DNA of 64,000 bases from Novosphingobium sp. (GCA_036384395.1 DASVMK010000098.1:93-64092), one strand, 5' to 3'; counted from the first letter of the stretch, positions 54,751 to 64,000 are shown. Numbers and translations are program-made. Notes: generated from the letters alone by a model not told the origin.

Positions 54751-55533
54751 ATGGCCAACCTCCATTCCATGCGTGATGCGGCGACCGCGGCGGGCCAGCG
54801 GACGGTCTCGGCGCGCCGCGAACTGGCACGGCGCGCGGCGCTCGCGCGGCAACCCCGGCCCGAAGGCGTGAGCGGACCGTCGCTGCGGCTGCTGCTGGGT
54901 GAGCTTGGCGTGCTGGTCGGTATCGTCCGGCGGCCGGTGCTGCCGGCGCCGGCGCTCGATCCCCAGCCGGTCATGCTGCTGCCCGGCTTCGGCGCGCATC
55001 CGGTCCGTATGCGACGCATGCTGCGCGCCCTCGAGGCGGCGGGTCACGCCCCGCACGAATGGGGGCTGGGCTTCAACCTCGGCCCGACGCCGGCCAACTT
55101 CGCGTTCCTGCTCGCCCGGGTGGACAAGCTGGCGCGCCGGCACGGGCGGCCGGTGGCGCTGGTCGGCTGGAGCCTGGGTGGCCTGTTCGCGCGCGAGATC
55201 GCGCACCGCATTCCCGATCGCGTGAGCCGCGTGATCACGATGGGCACGCCCTTCTCGGGCGATCCGCGCGCCAACAACGCCTGGCGCGCCTACCAGCTCA
55301 TCACCGGCCACGCGGTCGACGCGCCGCCGATCGACTGCGTCTTCGCGGCCAAGCCCCCGGTGCCGACGATCGCGCTGTGGAGCCCGCGTGACGGCATCAT
55401 CGCGCCGCGCTCCGCGTGCGGCTGGCCGGGCGAGCGCGATCGCGCGGTGGCGCTGCGCTGCAACCACCTCGGCTTCGCCGCCTCGCCCGAGGCGATCGCC
55501 GAAGTGCTGCGCCAGCTCGACGCACAGTTTTAG
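54751..55533 (+). CDS. Alpha/beta-hydrolase (lipase/esterase-like)
   Basis: LLPGF, nucleophile elbow GWSLGG, ITMGTPF, DGII, NHLGF. Confidence 0.85.
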   Translation: MANLHSMRDAATAAGQRTVSARRELARRAALARQPRPEGVSGPSLRLLLGELGVLVGIVRRPVLPAPALDPQPVMLLPGFGAHPVRMRRMLRALEAAGHAPHEWGLGFNLGPTPANFAFLLARVDKLARRHGRPVALVGWSLGGLFAREIAHRIPDRVSRVITMGTPFSGDPRANNAWRAYQLITGHAVDAPPIDCVFAAKPPVPTIALWSPRDGIIAPRSACGWPGERDRAVALRCNHLGFAASPEAIAEVLRQLDAQF

Positions 55534-55558
55534 CTAACCGTTGTGAATGGCGCGGGGG

Positions 55559-56032
55559 CTAGTTCGCCGCCACGCCCACCGACTGGCTCAGGCGCTCGCG
55601 CAAGCGCGAGACCGCGCTCGGAGCGGCGGGGTCGAAACGGTGCCAGTCGCGGTCGAGCCGGACCAGCCGGGCGTAGAAGCGCTCGGTGGTGGCGATGAGC
55701 GCGAGGATCTCGGGCTTGAGTACGGCGATCCGGCTGGGCTCCGCCTGCGGGTATTCGGGCGAGAGCCGGCTGTTGCGGCGCAACTGGAATTCGGAAAGCT
55801 CGCCCATGCAGAAGGCGCGATGGTTGAGCAGCCAGGCGAGGGCGTGCATCATCCGCGTCGTCGTGCGCAGCGCTTCGCAGGTCAGCGCCACGCGCGCGGC
55901 GTCGTCCTCGGTCAGCAGCGCCATCTCGCGCCGCGACAGATCGAAGGTTTCGCGCACCTCGTCCGACAGCACCAGGGCCTCGCAATAGAGACCCTCGATG
56001 ATCCGGGGATTTATGGCGATCGCCGTGGACAT
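55559..56032 (-). CDS. DUF1465 family protein (RcdA-like)
   Basis: LY.EAL.L.DE.R, EALRTTTRMMHALAWLL..RA...GE, LY.RL.RLD; Caulobacter RcdA belongs to this family. Confidence 0.8.
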   Translation of the reverse strand: MSTAIAINPRIIEGLYCEALVLSDEVRETFDLSRREMALLTEDDAARVALTCEALRTTTRMMHALAWLLNHRAFCMGELSEFQLRRNSRLSPEYPQAEPSRIAVLKPEILALIATTERFYARLVRLDRDWHRFDPAAPSAVSRLRERLSQSVGVAAN

Positions 56033-56082
56033 TCCCACTGGGGTAAACCCGCCCGCGGCCGTGCCGCAACGGGCTTTCCGGC

Positions 56083-56114
56083 TTATGCACAGTCCAAAAC
56101 GGGACTGTGCATAA
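56083..56114. promoter_or_regulatory. Perfect 13-bp inverted repeat TTATGCACAGTCC-N6-GGACTGTGCATAA
   Basis: Read directly; lies between DUF465 and the rcdA-like gene; no U-tract. Confidence 0.55.
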
Positions 56115-56176
56115 TGGGTACGGTTTACGGCTTGGAAACGCCGCTTCGTCGGGCCCTGCGAGTCGGCGATCGGGGG

Positions 56177-56389
56177 TCAGGCGATGATGTCGGGGATCAG
56201 GTAATCCTCGAGAAGCGCGATCTGGTCCTTGAGCTTGAGCTTGCGCTTTTTAAGGCGCGCGATCTGCAATTGGTCGGTGATGCCGCCCGGCGCGCGCCCC
56301 GCCTGCGATAGCGCATCGATCGCGGCGTCGAGGTCGCGATGCTCGATTCGCAGCATTTCCAGGCGCTTGCGCAGTTCCTCTTCGCTCAC
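56177..56389 (-). CDS. DUF465/YdcH-family small coiled-coil protein
   Basis: L..LRIEHRDLDAAIDAL...DQLQIARLKKRKLKLKDQI; GTG start. Confidence 0.88.
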   Translation of the reverse strand: MSEEELRKRLEMLRIEHRDLDAAIDALSQAGRAPGGITDQLQIARLKKRKLKLKDQIALLEDYLIPDIIA

Positions 56390-56606
56390 GCCCGTACTCG
56401 CTCCGCGTGTTTCGCCGCCAGCCTGACAGGAGGACGCTTCCAGCCTTCCTGTCGGCCCGCCGTGACCACGCCGCGATCCATCGAAAACCCCGCGGCAGTG
56501 CTTCGCAAGATAGGGCGATTGTGGTTGGATAGCAATTGCGCCGCACTTCGGAATGTCGAGTCGCGCATCCGAGTGGGGTTGCGTCCAACAAGGAGGACCA
56601 TCCATC

Positions 56607-56762
56607 ATGGAGACATCGCACGTCAGCGCATTGCAGATGAAGCATGCCGGTCTCGAGAAGCAGCTCGAGCATGAAATGACCCGGCCCTTGCCTGACATCC
56701 TGGTGATTCGAGAGATCAAGAAGCGCAAGCTGCGGATCAAGGAACGACTTGAACATATCTGA
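56607..56762 (+). CDS. DUF465/YdcH-family small protein
   Basis: AGGAGG RBS; L..KHAGLE..L..E..RP.PD...I..IKKRKLRIKE. Confidence 0.85.
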   Translation: METSHVSALQMKHAGLEKQLEHEMTRPLPDILVIREIKKRKLRIKERLEHI

Positions 56763-56822
56763 ATGGCGATGCGGCTGTCGGCCGGCGTTTCCAAAGCCGC
56801 GGCTTTGGTTTAGTCCTGCACC

Positions 56823-59099
56823 ATGTTGTCGACAGCCGCAGCCGCCTCGCGCCAGATCCTGACCCGCCTGCACGAGGTCATGGCCTCGCGCAGCCACGTT
56901 CAGGCCAAGCTCAATCAAGTGGTGGAAGCGATCGGCGAAGGCCTCGATAGCGAGGTCTGCTCGATCTACCTGCTGCGCGAAGGCATGCTCGAACTGTTCG
57001 CCACCCGCGGCCTGGCGCAGGAGGCGGTTCACGTCACCCGCATGGCGATCGGCGAGGGGCTGGTCGGCACGATCGGCGGCAACGTCGAGACGCTGAACCT
57101 AGCCGAGGCGACCGCCCACCCCGACTTCTCCTATCGCCCGGAAACCGGCGAAGACCGGTTCCACTCGTTCGCCGGCGTGCCCATCGTCCGGCGCGAGCGC
57201 GCCGTCGGCGTGCTGTGCGTCCAGCACGTCGATCCCCGCCGCTACGAGGAAGTGGAGATCGAGACGCTGCAGACCGTGGCGATGGTGCTGTCCGAGCTGA
57301 TCTCCAACGCCGAGCTGATCGACAACGAGGACACGCTGGGCCTGTCGCCCGAGCTGACCGGCCCGACCCAGATCAAGGGGCTGACGCTGGTCAAGGGCCT
57401 GGCCAGCGGCTGCGCCGTGTTCCACCAGCCGCGCGTCACCATCGAGCACGTCATGGCCGAGGATACCGAGGCCGAGCGTCAGCGCGTGTACCTCGCCTTC
57501 GACCGCATGCGCGACCAGATCGAGCGGATGGCTGCGCAGGCCGAGTTCGGCGTCGGTGGCGAGCACGAGGAAGTGCTCGAGACCTACAAGATGTTCGCCT
57601 ACGACGAAGGCTGGGCACGGCGGATCAACGAGGCGATCGATTCCGGCCTGACCGCCGAAGCGGCGATCGAGCGCGTCCAGCAGCGCACTCGTATGCGGAT
57701 GCGGCAGATCGACGACCCGCTGCTGGCCGACCGCATGCACGACCTGGAGGACCTGTCCAATCGGCTGCTGCGCATCGTCTCGGGCCAGCTCGGCACCGCC
57801 GCCAGCCAGGGGCTGCGCGGCGACGCCATCCTGATCGCGCGCAATCTCGGCCCGGCCGAGCTGCTCGAATACGACAAACGCCGGCTGAAGGGCGTGATCC
57901 TCGAGGAAGGCTCGCTTACCGCGCACGTCGTCATCGTCGCGCGGGCGATGGGGGTGCCGGTGCTTGGCCGCGTTCGCAGCTTGCGCGGGGTGATCCGCGA
58001 CGGCGACCATCTCCTGCTCGACGCCGACCAGGGCACCGCCACCGTGCGGCCCGCCCCGCCGATGGTCGAGGCTTTCGAGGCGCGCTTCCAGCGCAGCCGC
58101 GAGCGCCAGGCGGCCTATGCCGCGCTGCGCGACGTTCAGCCCTTCACCAAGGACGGCGAGCGTATCACGGTGATGATCAACGCCGGCCTGCGCGACGACA
58201 TGCCCAACCTCGGCCATACCGGGGCCGACGGCATCGGCCTGTTCCGCACCGAGTTCCAGTTCCTTGTTTCCGCCACGCTGCCGCAGCGCGAGCGGCAGAC
58301 GCGGCTCTATCGTGACGTGCTCGACGCCGCGGGCGATAGACCGGTGGTGTTCCGCACGGTCGATATCGGCGGCGACAAAGTGCTGCCCTACTTGCGCCAC
58401 GACGACGGCGAGGGCGAAGAGAACCCGGCGATGGGCTGGCGCGCGATCCGCGTCGCGCTCGAGCGCGAGGGGCTGCTGAAGGCACAGGCCCGCTCGCTGC
58501 TGGAGGCCGCGGCGGGGCGCACGCTCAACGTCATGTTCCCGATGGTCTCAGAGCCCTGGGAGTTCGACGCGGCCAAGGCGGTGTTCGAAGGCCAGCGCGA
58601 ATTCCTGCGCAAGCAGAAGCGGGTGCTGCCCGACGCCATCCGCTATGGCGCGATGCTCGAGGTGCCGGCGCTGGCCGAGCAGCTCGATCTTCTGGCGCCC
58701 AAGCTGTCGTTCCTGTCGATCGGCACCAACGATCTCACCCAGTTCCTGTTCGCCGCCGACCGTGCCAATCCCAAGCTGGCCGAGCGCTACGATTGGCTGA
58801 GCCCGTCGATCCTGCGCTTCCTGCGGCGCGTGGTCGCCAACCTCGAAGGCCATGACGTCGATCTTACCGTCTGCGGCGAGATGGGCGGCCGCCGGCTCGA
58901 AGCGCTGGCGCTGATCGGGCTGGGCATCCACCGCCTGTCGATCACCCCGGCGGCGGTCGGTCCGATCAAGGAGCTGATCTGCCGGATCGACGCGGCCGAG
59001 ATCCGCCGCGCGATGGACGGCTGGCTCGCCGCGCCGCCGCCCGACTTGCGCCGGGCCCTGCTCGACTGGGCCTGCGAGCGTGGCATTTCCTGCGATTGA
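56823..59099 (+). CDS. ptsP: Phosphoenolpyruvate-protein phosphotransferase EI-Ntr
   Basis: N-terminal GAF domain, GSLTAHVVIVAR (phospho-His), GIGLFRTEF, ENPAMGWRAIR, SIGTNDLTQF, VCGEMG. Confidence 0.96.
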   Translation: MLSTAAAASRQILTRLHEVMASRSHVQAKLNQVVEAIGEGLDSEVCSIYLLREGMLELFATRGLAQEAVHVTRMAIGEGLVGTIGGNVETLNLAEATAHPDFSYRPETGEDRFHSFAGVPIVRRERAVGVLCVQHVDPRRYEEVEIETLQTVAMVLSELISNAELIDNEDTLGLSPELTGPTQIKGLTLVKGLASGCAVFHQPRVTIEHVMAEDTEAERQRVYLAFDRMRDQIERMAAQAEFGVGGEHEEVLETYKMFAYDEGWARRINEAIDSGLTAEAAIERVQQRTRMRMRQIDDPLLADRMHDLEDLSNRLLRIVSGQLGTAASQGLRGDAILIARNLGPAELLEYDKRRLKGVILEEGSLTAHVVIVARAMGVPVLGRVRSLRGVIRDGDHLLLDADQGTATVRPAPPMVEAFEARFQRSRERQAAYAALRDVQPFTKDGERITVMINAGLRDDMPNLGHTGADGIGLFRTEFQFLVSATLPQRERQTRLYRDVLDAAGDRPVVFRTVDIGGDKVLPYLRHDDGEGEENPAMGWRAIRVALEREGLLKAQARSLLEAAAGRTLNVMFPMVSEPWEFDAAKAVFEGQREFLRKQKRVLPDAIRYGAMLEVPALAEQLDLLAPKLSFLSIGTNDLTQFLFAADRANPKLAERYDWLSPSILRFLRRVVANLEGHDVDLTVCGEMGGRRLEALALIGLGIHRLSITPAAVGPIKELICRIDAAEIRRAMDGWLAAPPPDLRRALLDWACERGISCD

Positions 59100-59260
59100 T
59101 CGTGCAGCACCGCCTCGCTTGGGTGAGGGCATCCGTCGCTGCTACGGCACGGCTGGCGGAGCGCCTGTGCGCGGCTCCGGCGCAAGCCCGTTGACATTCG
59201 ACGTCAAGCGGCCTTCTCTTGGCGCGGGGGTCGCAACTCAATACAATCGGACGGAAGCGA

Positions 59261-60016
59261 ATGGCTGAAAGCCAGCGGGATGACACACAACCATCGTTCG
59301 AAGGGGCGCTCGACGCCGGGTCGCGACTGCGCCAGGCGCGCGAAGCGGCGGGGCTGAGCCGGGCCGACATCGCCGCCACCACCAAGATTCCCGAACGGCA
59401 CATCGTCGCGATCGAGGCGGGCGATTTCGCCGCGCTCGCGGGCCGTTCTTATGCGATCGGCTTCTCGCGAAGCTATGCCCGCGCGGTCGGCCTCGACGAG
59501 CAGGACATCATCGGCGCGGTGCGTCAGGAAATGGGCGCCGGCGATGCTGAACCTGAGCACCGCCACGCCTTCGAGCCGGGCGACCCGTCGCGCGTACCGA
59601 GCAAGCGCATCGCCTGGCTGGCGGCGCTGGCCGTGCTCGTGGTCGCCGTGGTGCTGATGATCGTCTGGCGCGCGCACAGCAACGAGGTCGGCGATCCGGT
59701 CGACCTGACGCTCAGCGGCGAGGGGACGGTGCTCGATGGCGCCACGCCCGAAAGCGGCATCGCGATGTCCCCCAGCGGGTTGCCGGTCGAGCCGACCGCC
59801 GGCGCGGTCATCCCCGGCAGCATCGCGCCGATCCCGGCGGTTCCCGCCGCGCCCGTGGCGGCGCCGGCGCGTGCGCCCGCGCGCCTTGGCCTGCCGGCGG
59901 CAAGCCCGACAGCGAGCGCGCCCGCTCCCACACCGAGCGGCAGCGTGCCTGCCGCATCCGCCCCCGCTCATGCCGATGCGGCTTCGCCGGCGCCGCCTTC
60001 CACCGTTTCGCAATAG
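59261..60016 (+). CDS. RodZ-like HTH membrane protein, apparently lacking the C-terminal periplasmic domain
   Basis: GSRLRQAREAAGLS..DIA..TKI...IE.GDF..L....Y..GF.RSYA..VGLD, TM helix, then a Pro/Ala tail. Confidence 0.8.
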   Translation: MAESQRDDTQPSFEGALDAGSRLRQAREAAGLSRADIAATTKIPERHIVAIEAGDFAALAGRSYAIGFSRSYARAVGLDEQDIIGAVRQEMGAGDAEPEHRHAFEPGDPSRVPSKRIAWLAALAVLVVAVVLMIVWRAHSNEVGDPVDLTLSGEGTVLDGATPESGIAMSPSGLPVEPTAGAVIPGSIAPIPAVPAAPVAAPARAPARLGLPAASPTASAPAPTPSGSVPAASAPAHADAASPAPPSTVSQ

Positions 60017-60138
60017 CCTCGGCTCGACAGCGCGCGCGGGCTGAGGCACATCGGCCCCGTCGCGAGGCGCGTACGATTTTGGCGTCATGGCGGTACGGGT
60101 CGCGACCGCCGGACGGGTAGAGTGGAGCTGAACGGGCG

Positions 60139-61161
60139 ATGATGAAACTGCTTAGGGTTGGCGCTGCGGCGCGCGGGGCCAGTCTTACGGTCATGGTGCT
60201 GGCGCTGGTCGGCGGGGGGGTGCCGCTCCAGGCGCAGGACGCGGGCGCCGATGCCCGGTTGCGGAAGCTCGAAGGCGAAGTGCGCGCCATCCAGCGCAAG
60301 GTGTTCCCCGGCGCCGACGGCAAGTTCTTCGCGCCCGAGATCACCCCGACCCCCGGCGCGGCGGCCACCACGCCGGGCGTGCCCGCCTCGACCCCGGTCA
60401 CCGACATGCTTGCGCGCATGGACTCGCTCGAGCGGCAGCTGGCCGGGCTGACCGCGCAGACCGAGCAGAACAGCAACCGCATCGCGCAGATCGAGGCCAA
60501 GCTGGCGCCGCCGGCCCCGGCTAACGCGGATCCGGCGATGGCGCCGTCGGCGGGTGCCCCGGCCGCGTCCGCCGCCAATCTCTCGGCGATGACTGGTGGT
60601 GCCGCGACGCCGCGTCCGGCTCCGGTTGCGACCCCGACTCCGGCTCTGGCGCCGACCCCCGCGCCTGCGGCGAGGCCCGCCGCAGCGGCCGCTGCCGCGC
60701 CCAAGCCGGTCGCGCCCTCGGCAGCGCGCGTCGCCGCGGTCCGCGCGGTCGAGAAGCCGAGCACCGGCAATGCCGGCGACGACGAGTACAGCTATGGCTT
60801 CCGTCTGTGGGACGCGAAGCTATATCCCGAGGCGCAGCAGCAGCTGAAGCTGATGGTCGACAAGTATCCGCGCGATCCCAAGATCAGCTACGCGCGCAAC
60901 CTGCTCGGCCGCGCCTATCTCGACGACGGCAAGCCGCGCGAGGCGGCGAGCTGGTTCCTCCAGAACTACCAGGCCGACAAGGTCGGCGCGCGCGCTGCGG
61001 ACAGTCTGCTGTTCCTCGGCGAATCGATGCGCCGGCTGAACGACACCAACCGCGCCTGCGTCGCGCTGGCCGAATTCGCGCGCACTTATCCGGCCGAAGC
61101 CGCCGGCCGGCTCAAGGGCCAGTACGACCAGACCCGGGCCGGGGTGAAGTGCCCCAGTTAG
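60139..61161 (+). CDS. cpoB: Tol-Pal-associated protein CpoB/YbgF
   Basis: Signal peptide, coiled coil, Pro/Ala linker, C-terminal TPR (Y..G..L....Y..A, LLGRAY, AADSLLFLG, AC..L). Confidence 0.82.
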   Translation: MMKLLRVGAAARGASLTVMVLALVGGGVPLQAQDAGADARLRKLEGEVRAIQRKVFPGADGKFFAPEITPTPGAAATTPGVPASTPVTDMLARMDSLERQLAGLTAQTEQNSNRIAQIEAKLAPPAPANADPAMAPSAGAPAASAANLSAMTGGAATPRPAPVATPTPALAPTPAPAARPAAAAAAAPKPVAPSAARVAAVRAVEKPSTGNAGDDEYSYGFRLWDAKLYPEAQQQLKLMVDKYPRDPKISYARNLLGRAYLDDGKPREAASWFLQNYQADKVGARAADSLLFLGESMRRLNDTNRACVALAEFARTYPAEAAGRLKGQYDQTRAGVKCPS

Positions 61162-61162
61162 G

Positions 61163-62122
61163 ATGATCGAGGCCAGCGAAGCCCGCTTCGCCGAGGCGCT
61201 GGCGGCGATCTGGCCGGAGGCCGCGCGGGCGCGCGACTGGACGCTCGGTCTTGCGGTCTCGGGCGGGCCGGACAGCCTGGCGCTGCTGGTGCTCGCCGCC
61301 GCCGCCTTTCCGGGCCGGGTCGAGGCCGCCACCGTCGATCACGGCCTGCGCGCCGAGAGCGCCGCCGAGGCGGCCCTGGTCGCGCAGGTCTGCGCGGATC
61401 GAAACGTGCCGCACGCGACGCTGGCGGTGACGGTGGCGGAGGGCAACCTCCAGGCCGAGGCGCGGGCCGCGCGCTATGCGGCGCTGGCGCAATGGCTGAC
61501 CGAACGGGGCCTCTCGGCACTCGTCACCGCGCACCATGCCGACGACCAGGCGGAAACGCTGCTGATGCGGCTCAACCGGGGAAGCGGCGCAGCCGGACTT
61601 GCCGGGGTGCGCGCACGTGCCGCCGTGCCGGGCAACCGGTTGCCGCTGCTGCGCCCCCTGCTGGGGTTCCGGCGCGCCGAACTGGCGGCGGTGGTGCAGG
61701 CCGCCGGCATCGACCCGGTGGACGATCCCAGCAACACCGACGACCGCTTCGACCGCGCCCGGCTGCGCAAGGCGCTCGTCCAGGCCGACTGGCTCGACGT
61801 TCCCTCGCTGGCCGAAAGCGCGACGCATCTGGCCGACGCCAGCGCCGCGCTCGAGTGGGCCGCGGCGCGCGAATGGAGCGAGTGCGTGACCGAGGCGGGG
61901 ACGGGGATCACCTACCGCCCCAGCGCGCCGCGGGCGGTGGCGCTGCTGGTGCTGGCGCGCATCGTCGCCCGGCTGGACGGAGAGCCGGCGAGGGGAAGCG
62001 CGCTGGCGCGGTTGTTCGATACGCTGTTGGCCGGTCGCCCGGCATCGATCGGCGGCCTTCTCGCCCGCCCGTCGCTGGAAGGCTGGAATTTCGCCCGCGC
62101 GCCCAAGCGGCGGAGCGTTTGA
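61163..62122 (+). CDS. tilS: tRNA(Ile)-lysidine synthetase
   Basis: AVSGGPDSLAL, VDHGLR, QAEARAARY, TAHHADDQAET, LLRPLL, DDPSN. Confidence 0.95.
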   Translation: MIEASEARFAEALAAIWPEAARARDWTLGLAVSGGPDSLALLVLAAAAFPGRVEAATVDHGLRAESAAEAALVAQVCADRNVPHATLAVTVAEGNLQAEARAARYAALAQWLTERGLSALVTAHHADDQAETLLMRLNRGSGAAGLAGVRARAAVPGNRLPLLRPLLGFRRAELAAVVQAAGIDPVDDPSNTDDRFDRARLRKALVQADWLDVPSLAESATHLADASAALEWAAAREWSECVTEAGTGITYRPSAPRAVALLVLARIVARLDGEPARGSALARLFDTLLAGRPASIGGLLARPSLEGWNFARAPKRRSV

Positions 62123-62126
62123 GCGC

Positions 62127-62279
62127 TCAGAAGGTCAGCGCGCCGGTGATCCAGATCAGCGACAGCGCCGCGATCGCCAGGAACAGGCTGATGACCAGCA
62201 CATAACGGACGATGTGCGGCGTGCTGCCGCCGCGGGCCTCGTCCGTCCTGATGTGCACTTCGTTGTCGTGCATTTCCAT
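62127..62279 (-). CDS. Small (50 aa) single-TM protein
   Basis: GGAGG RBS; EARGG..PHIVRYVL.ISL.LA followed by a TM helix; EcfG-type promoter upstream. Confidence 0.75.
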   Translation of the reverse strand: MEMHDNEVHIRTDEARGGSTPHIVRYVLVISLFLAIAALSLIWITGALTF

Positions 62280-62345
62280 GACCGCACCTCCATGTTCGGG
62301 CGCAGGCAACCGCACGGCCACCCGCGCCCCGATATCATAGCAGGA

Positions 62346-62371
62346 AACGGTCGAGTCGCGAGAACGGTTCC
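62346..62371 (-). promoter_or_regulatory. EcfG (sigmaT) promoter GGAAC-N17-CGTT
   Basis: Exact consensus match on the minus strand, 67 bp upstream of the small protein start. Confidence 0.7.
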
Positions 62372-62410
62372 TCGCGCGCGCCTGTGCGAGGCTCGCGCGA
62401 AGGCGGCTGG

Positions 62411-63247
62411 TCAGTCGCGCAGCAGTTCGTTGATGCCGGTCTTGGAGCGGGTCTGCGCGTCGACGGTCTTGACGATCACCGCGCAGTAGAGCGACGGGCC
62501 GGGCGTGCCGTCGGGCAGGGGCTTGCCCGGCAGCGAGCCGGGGACGACGACGGCATAGGGCGGCACCTTGCCCATGTGGACTTCGCCGGTCGCGCGGTCG
62601 ACGATCTTGGTCGAGGCGCCGATGAACACGCCCATCGACAGCACCGCGCCAGTGCCGACGATCACGCCTTCGGCCACTTCGGAGCGCGCGCCGATGAAGG
62701 CGTGGTCCTCGATGATCACCGGGCCGGCCTGCAGCGGCTCGAGCACGCCGCCGATGCCGGCGCCGCCCGAGATGTGCACGCCCTTGCCGATCTGCGCGCA
62801 AGAGCCGACGGTAGCCCAGGTATCGACCATCGTGCCTTCATCGACGAAGGCGCCGATGTTGACGAAGCTCGGCATCAGCACCACGCCCTTGGCGATGTGC
62901 GCGCCGCGCCGCACCACCGCGCCGGGGACCGCGCGGAAACCGGCTTCCTTGAAGCGCAGCTCGTCCCAGCCGGTGAACTTGAGCGGAACCTTGTCGAAGG
63001 CGTCGGCGCCGGCGGCACCATAGGGCACCGGCTCGTTGTCGTTGAGGCGGAACGACAGCAGCACCGCCTTCTTGAGCCACTGGTTGACCTTCCAGCCGCC
63101 CTGGCCGTCGGGCTCGGCCACGCGCGCCTGGCCCGAATCGAGCAGCGCCAGCGCCTCGTCGACGATCTTGCGGACATCGCTGCTTGCCGGCGTCACGCCG
63201 TCGCGGGCCTCCCAAGCGGCTTCGATGGCGGTTTCGAGCTGGGACAT
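62411..63247 (-). CDS. dapD: 2,3,4,5-tetrahydropyridine-2,6-dicarboxylate N-succinyltransferase
   Basis: [60 protein letters not shown]. Confidence 0.97.
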   Translation of the reverse strand: MSQLETAIEAAWEARDGVTPASSDVRKIVDEALALLDSGQARVAEPDGQGGWKVNQWLKKAVLLSFRLNDNEPVPYGAAGADAFDKVPLKFTGWDELRFKEAGFRAVPGAVVRRGAHIAKGVVLMPSFVNIGAFVDEGTMVDTWATVGSCAQIGKGVHISGGAGIGGVLEPLQAGPVIIEDHAFIGARSEVAEGVIVGTGAVLSMGVFIGASTKIVDRATGEVHMGKVPPYAVVVPGSLPGKPLPDGTPGPSLYCAVIVKTVDAQTRSKTGINELLRD

Positions 63248-63394
63248 GGGACAAGCGCTCCGGATGGCGATGCAGGAGGGCTGCGCCTATCGCGTGCGGG
63301 GCGGAAGAGCAAGGCGCGCGACGGGTCATCGCGACCTTCATCTTTTGGCGACGGACTCGTGCTATGGCGGGCGGCGGATGGCAGGGGTGACTCG

Positions 63395-64000
63395 ATGCGG
63401 GGACAGGACGGTCGGCGGCTGGCGAACATGATCGTGCGGCACGGCCGCTGGGGCGCGGCCGGCGCGGCGTTGTTCGCCGCGGCTTGCGGCGGCGGCGGTA
63501 ACGGTGGCGGCGCCCAGAGCACGCCCGCGCCGATCGCCACGCCCACCCCGGTCGCTTCGCCGAGCCCCGCGCCGACCGCCACCGCGACTCCGGCGGCGGC
63601 GTTCGACACCGCCGAGTACCGCCAGTCCGATGGTCCCGCCTTCCACCGCGCCATTCCCGCGTGGCAGCAAGGCGCCAACGGACAGGGCGTGACGATCGCG
63701 GTGATCGACACCGGGATCGACACCGCCAACCCCGAATTCGCCGGCCGCATCTCCTCGGCTTCTGCCGACGTCGCCGGCAATCGCGGCATCCAGTCGGAGG
63801 ATTTCCACGGGCCGATGGTCGCGCTGGTCGCCGCCGCGGCGCGCAACGACAGCGGCATCATGGGGATCGCCTGGCAGGCGGACGTGATGGCGCTGCGCGC
63901 CGACACGCCGGGAAGCTGCGCCTCGTCGGATGGCTGCAGGTTCGCCGCCAGCGCCATCGCCTCGGGCATCGACCGGGCGGTGAGCAACGGTGCCAAGGTC
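63395..64000 (+). CDS. S8 (subtilisin-like) serine peptidase, probable lipoprotein, 3'-truncated
   Basis: Not in the ORF track because there is no stop in the window. ATG at 63395 or 63428, FAAAC lipobox-like site, Pro/Thr linker, G.GVTIAVIDTGID (Asp), HGPMVA (His), GIAWQA. Confidence 0.85.
   Translation, partial: MRGQDGRRLANMIVRHGRWGAAGAALFAAACGGGGNGGGAQSTPAPIATPTPVASPSPAPTATATPAAAFDTAEYRQSDGPAFHRAIPAWQQGANGQGVTIAVIDTGIDTANPEFAGRISSASADVAGNRGIQSEDFHGPMVALVAAAARNDSGIMGIAWQADVMALRADTPGSCASSDGCRFAASAIASGIDRAVSNGAKV

Overview
High-GC chromosomal window of a Sphingomonadales alphaproteobacterium (Novosphingobium/Sphingomonas-like, inferred from gene content and repeat types). No rRNA, tRNA, CRISPR array, integrase or transposase is recognisable. 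The first ~22 kb looks like a phosphate-starvation island. It holds ppk-ppx; a tightly coupled minimal type IV secretion operon (virB1-B2-B3-B4-B6-B9-B10-B11, with no virB5/B7/B8/virD4/relaxase) that has a near-consensus Pho box 35 bp upstream of virB1; a secreted TPR protein; a beta-helix lipoprotein plus TonB-dependent receptor behind a phased Pho-box array; a PhoB paralogue with a degenerate receiver domain; and a Pho-box-led plcP/agt lipid-remodelling pair. The most novel-looking element is the apparently PhoB-controlled, coupling-protein-less T4SS. The rest is mostly housekeeping: EmrAB/NodT efflux with TetR, an EF-hand protein with a two-component system, peptidases, ald, ftsK, yggS, a DsbD-like protein, a PhoK/PafA-type phosphatase, hemCD-mitofilin, tsaD-gpsA, an rcdA-like gene, ptsP, a rodZ-like gene, cpoB, tilS, dapD and a partial S8 protease. 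There are also several REP/MITE-like repeats, three candidate EcfG promoters and a GANTC cluster at ftsK. All calls come from reading motifs by eye; no database search was run.
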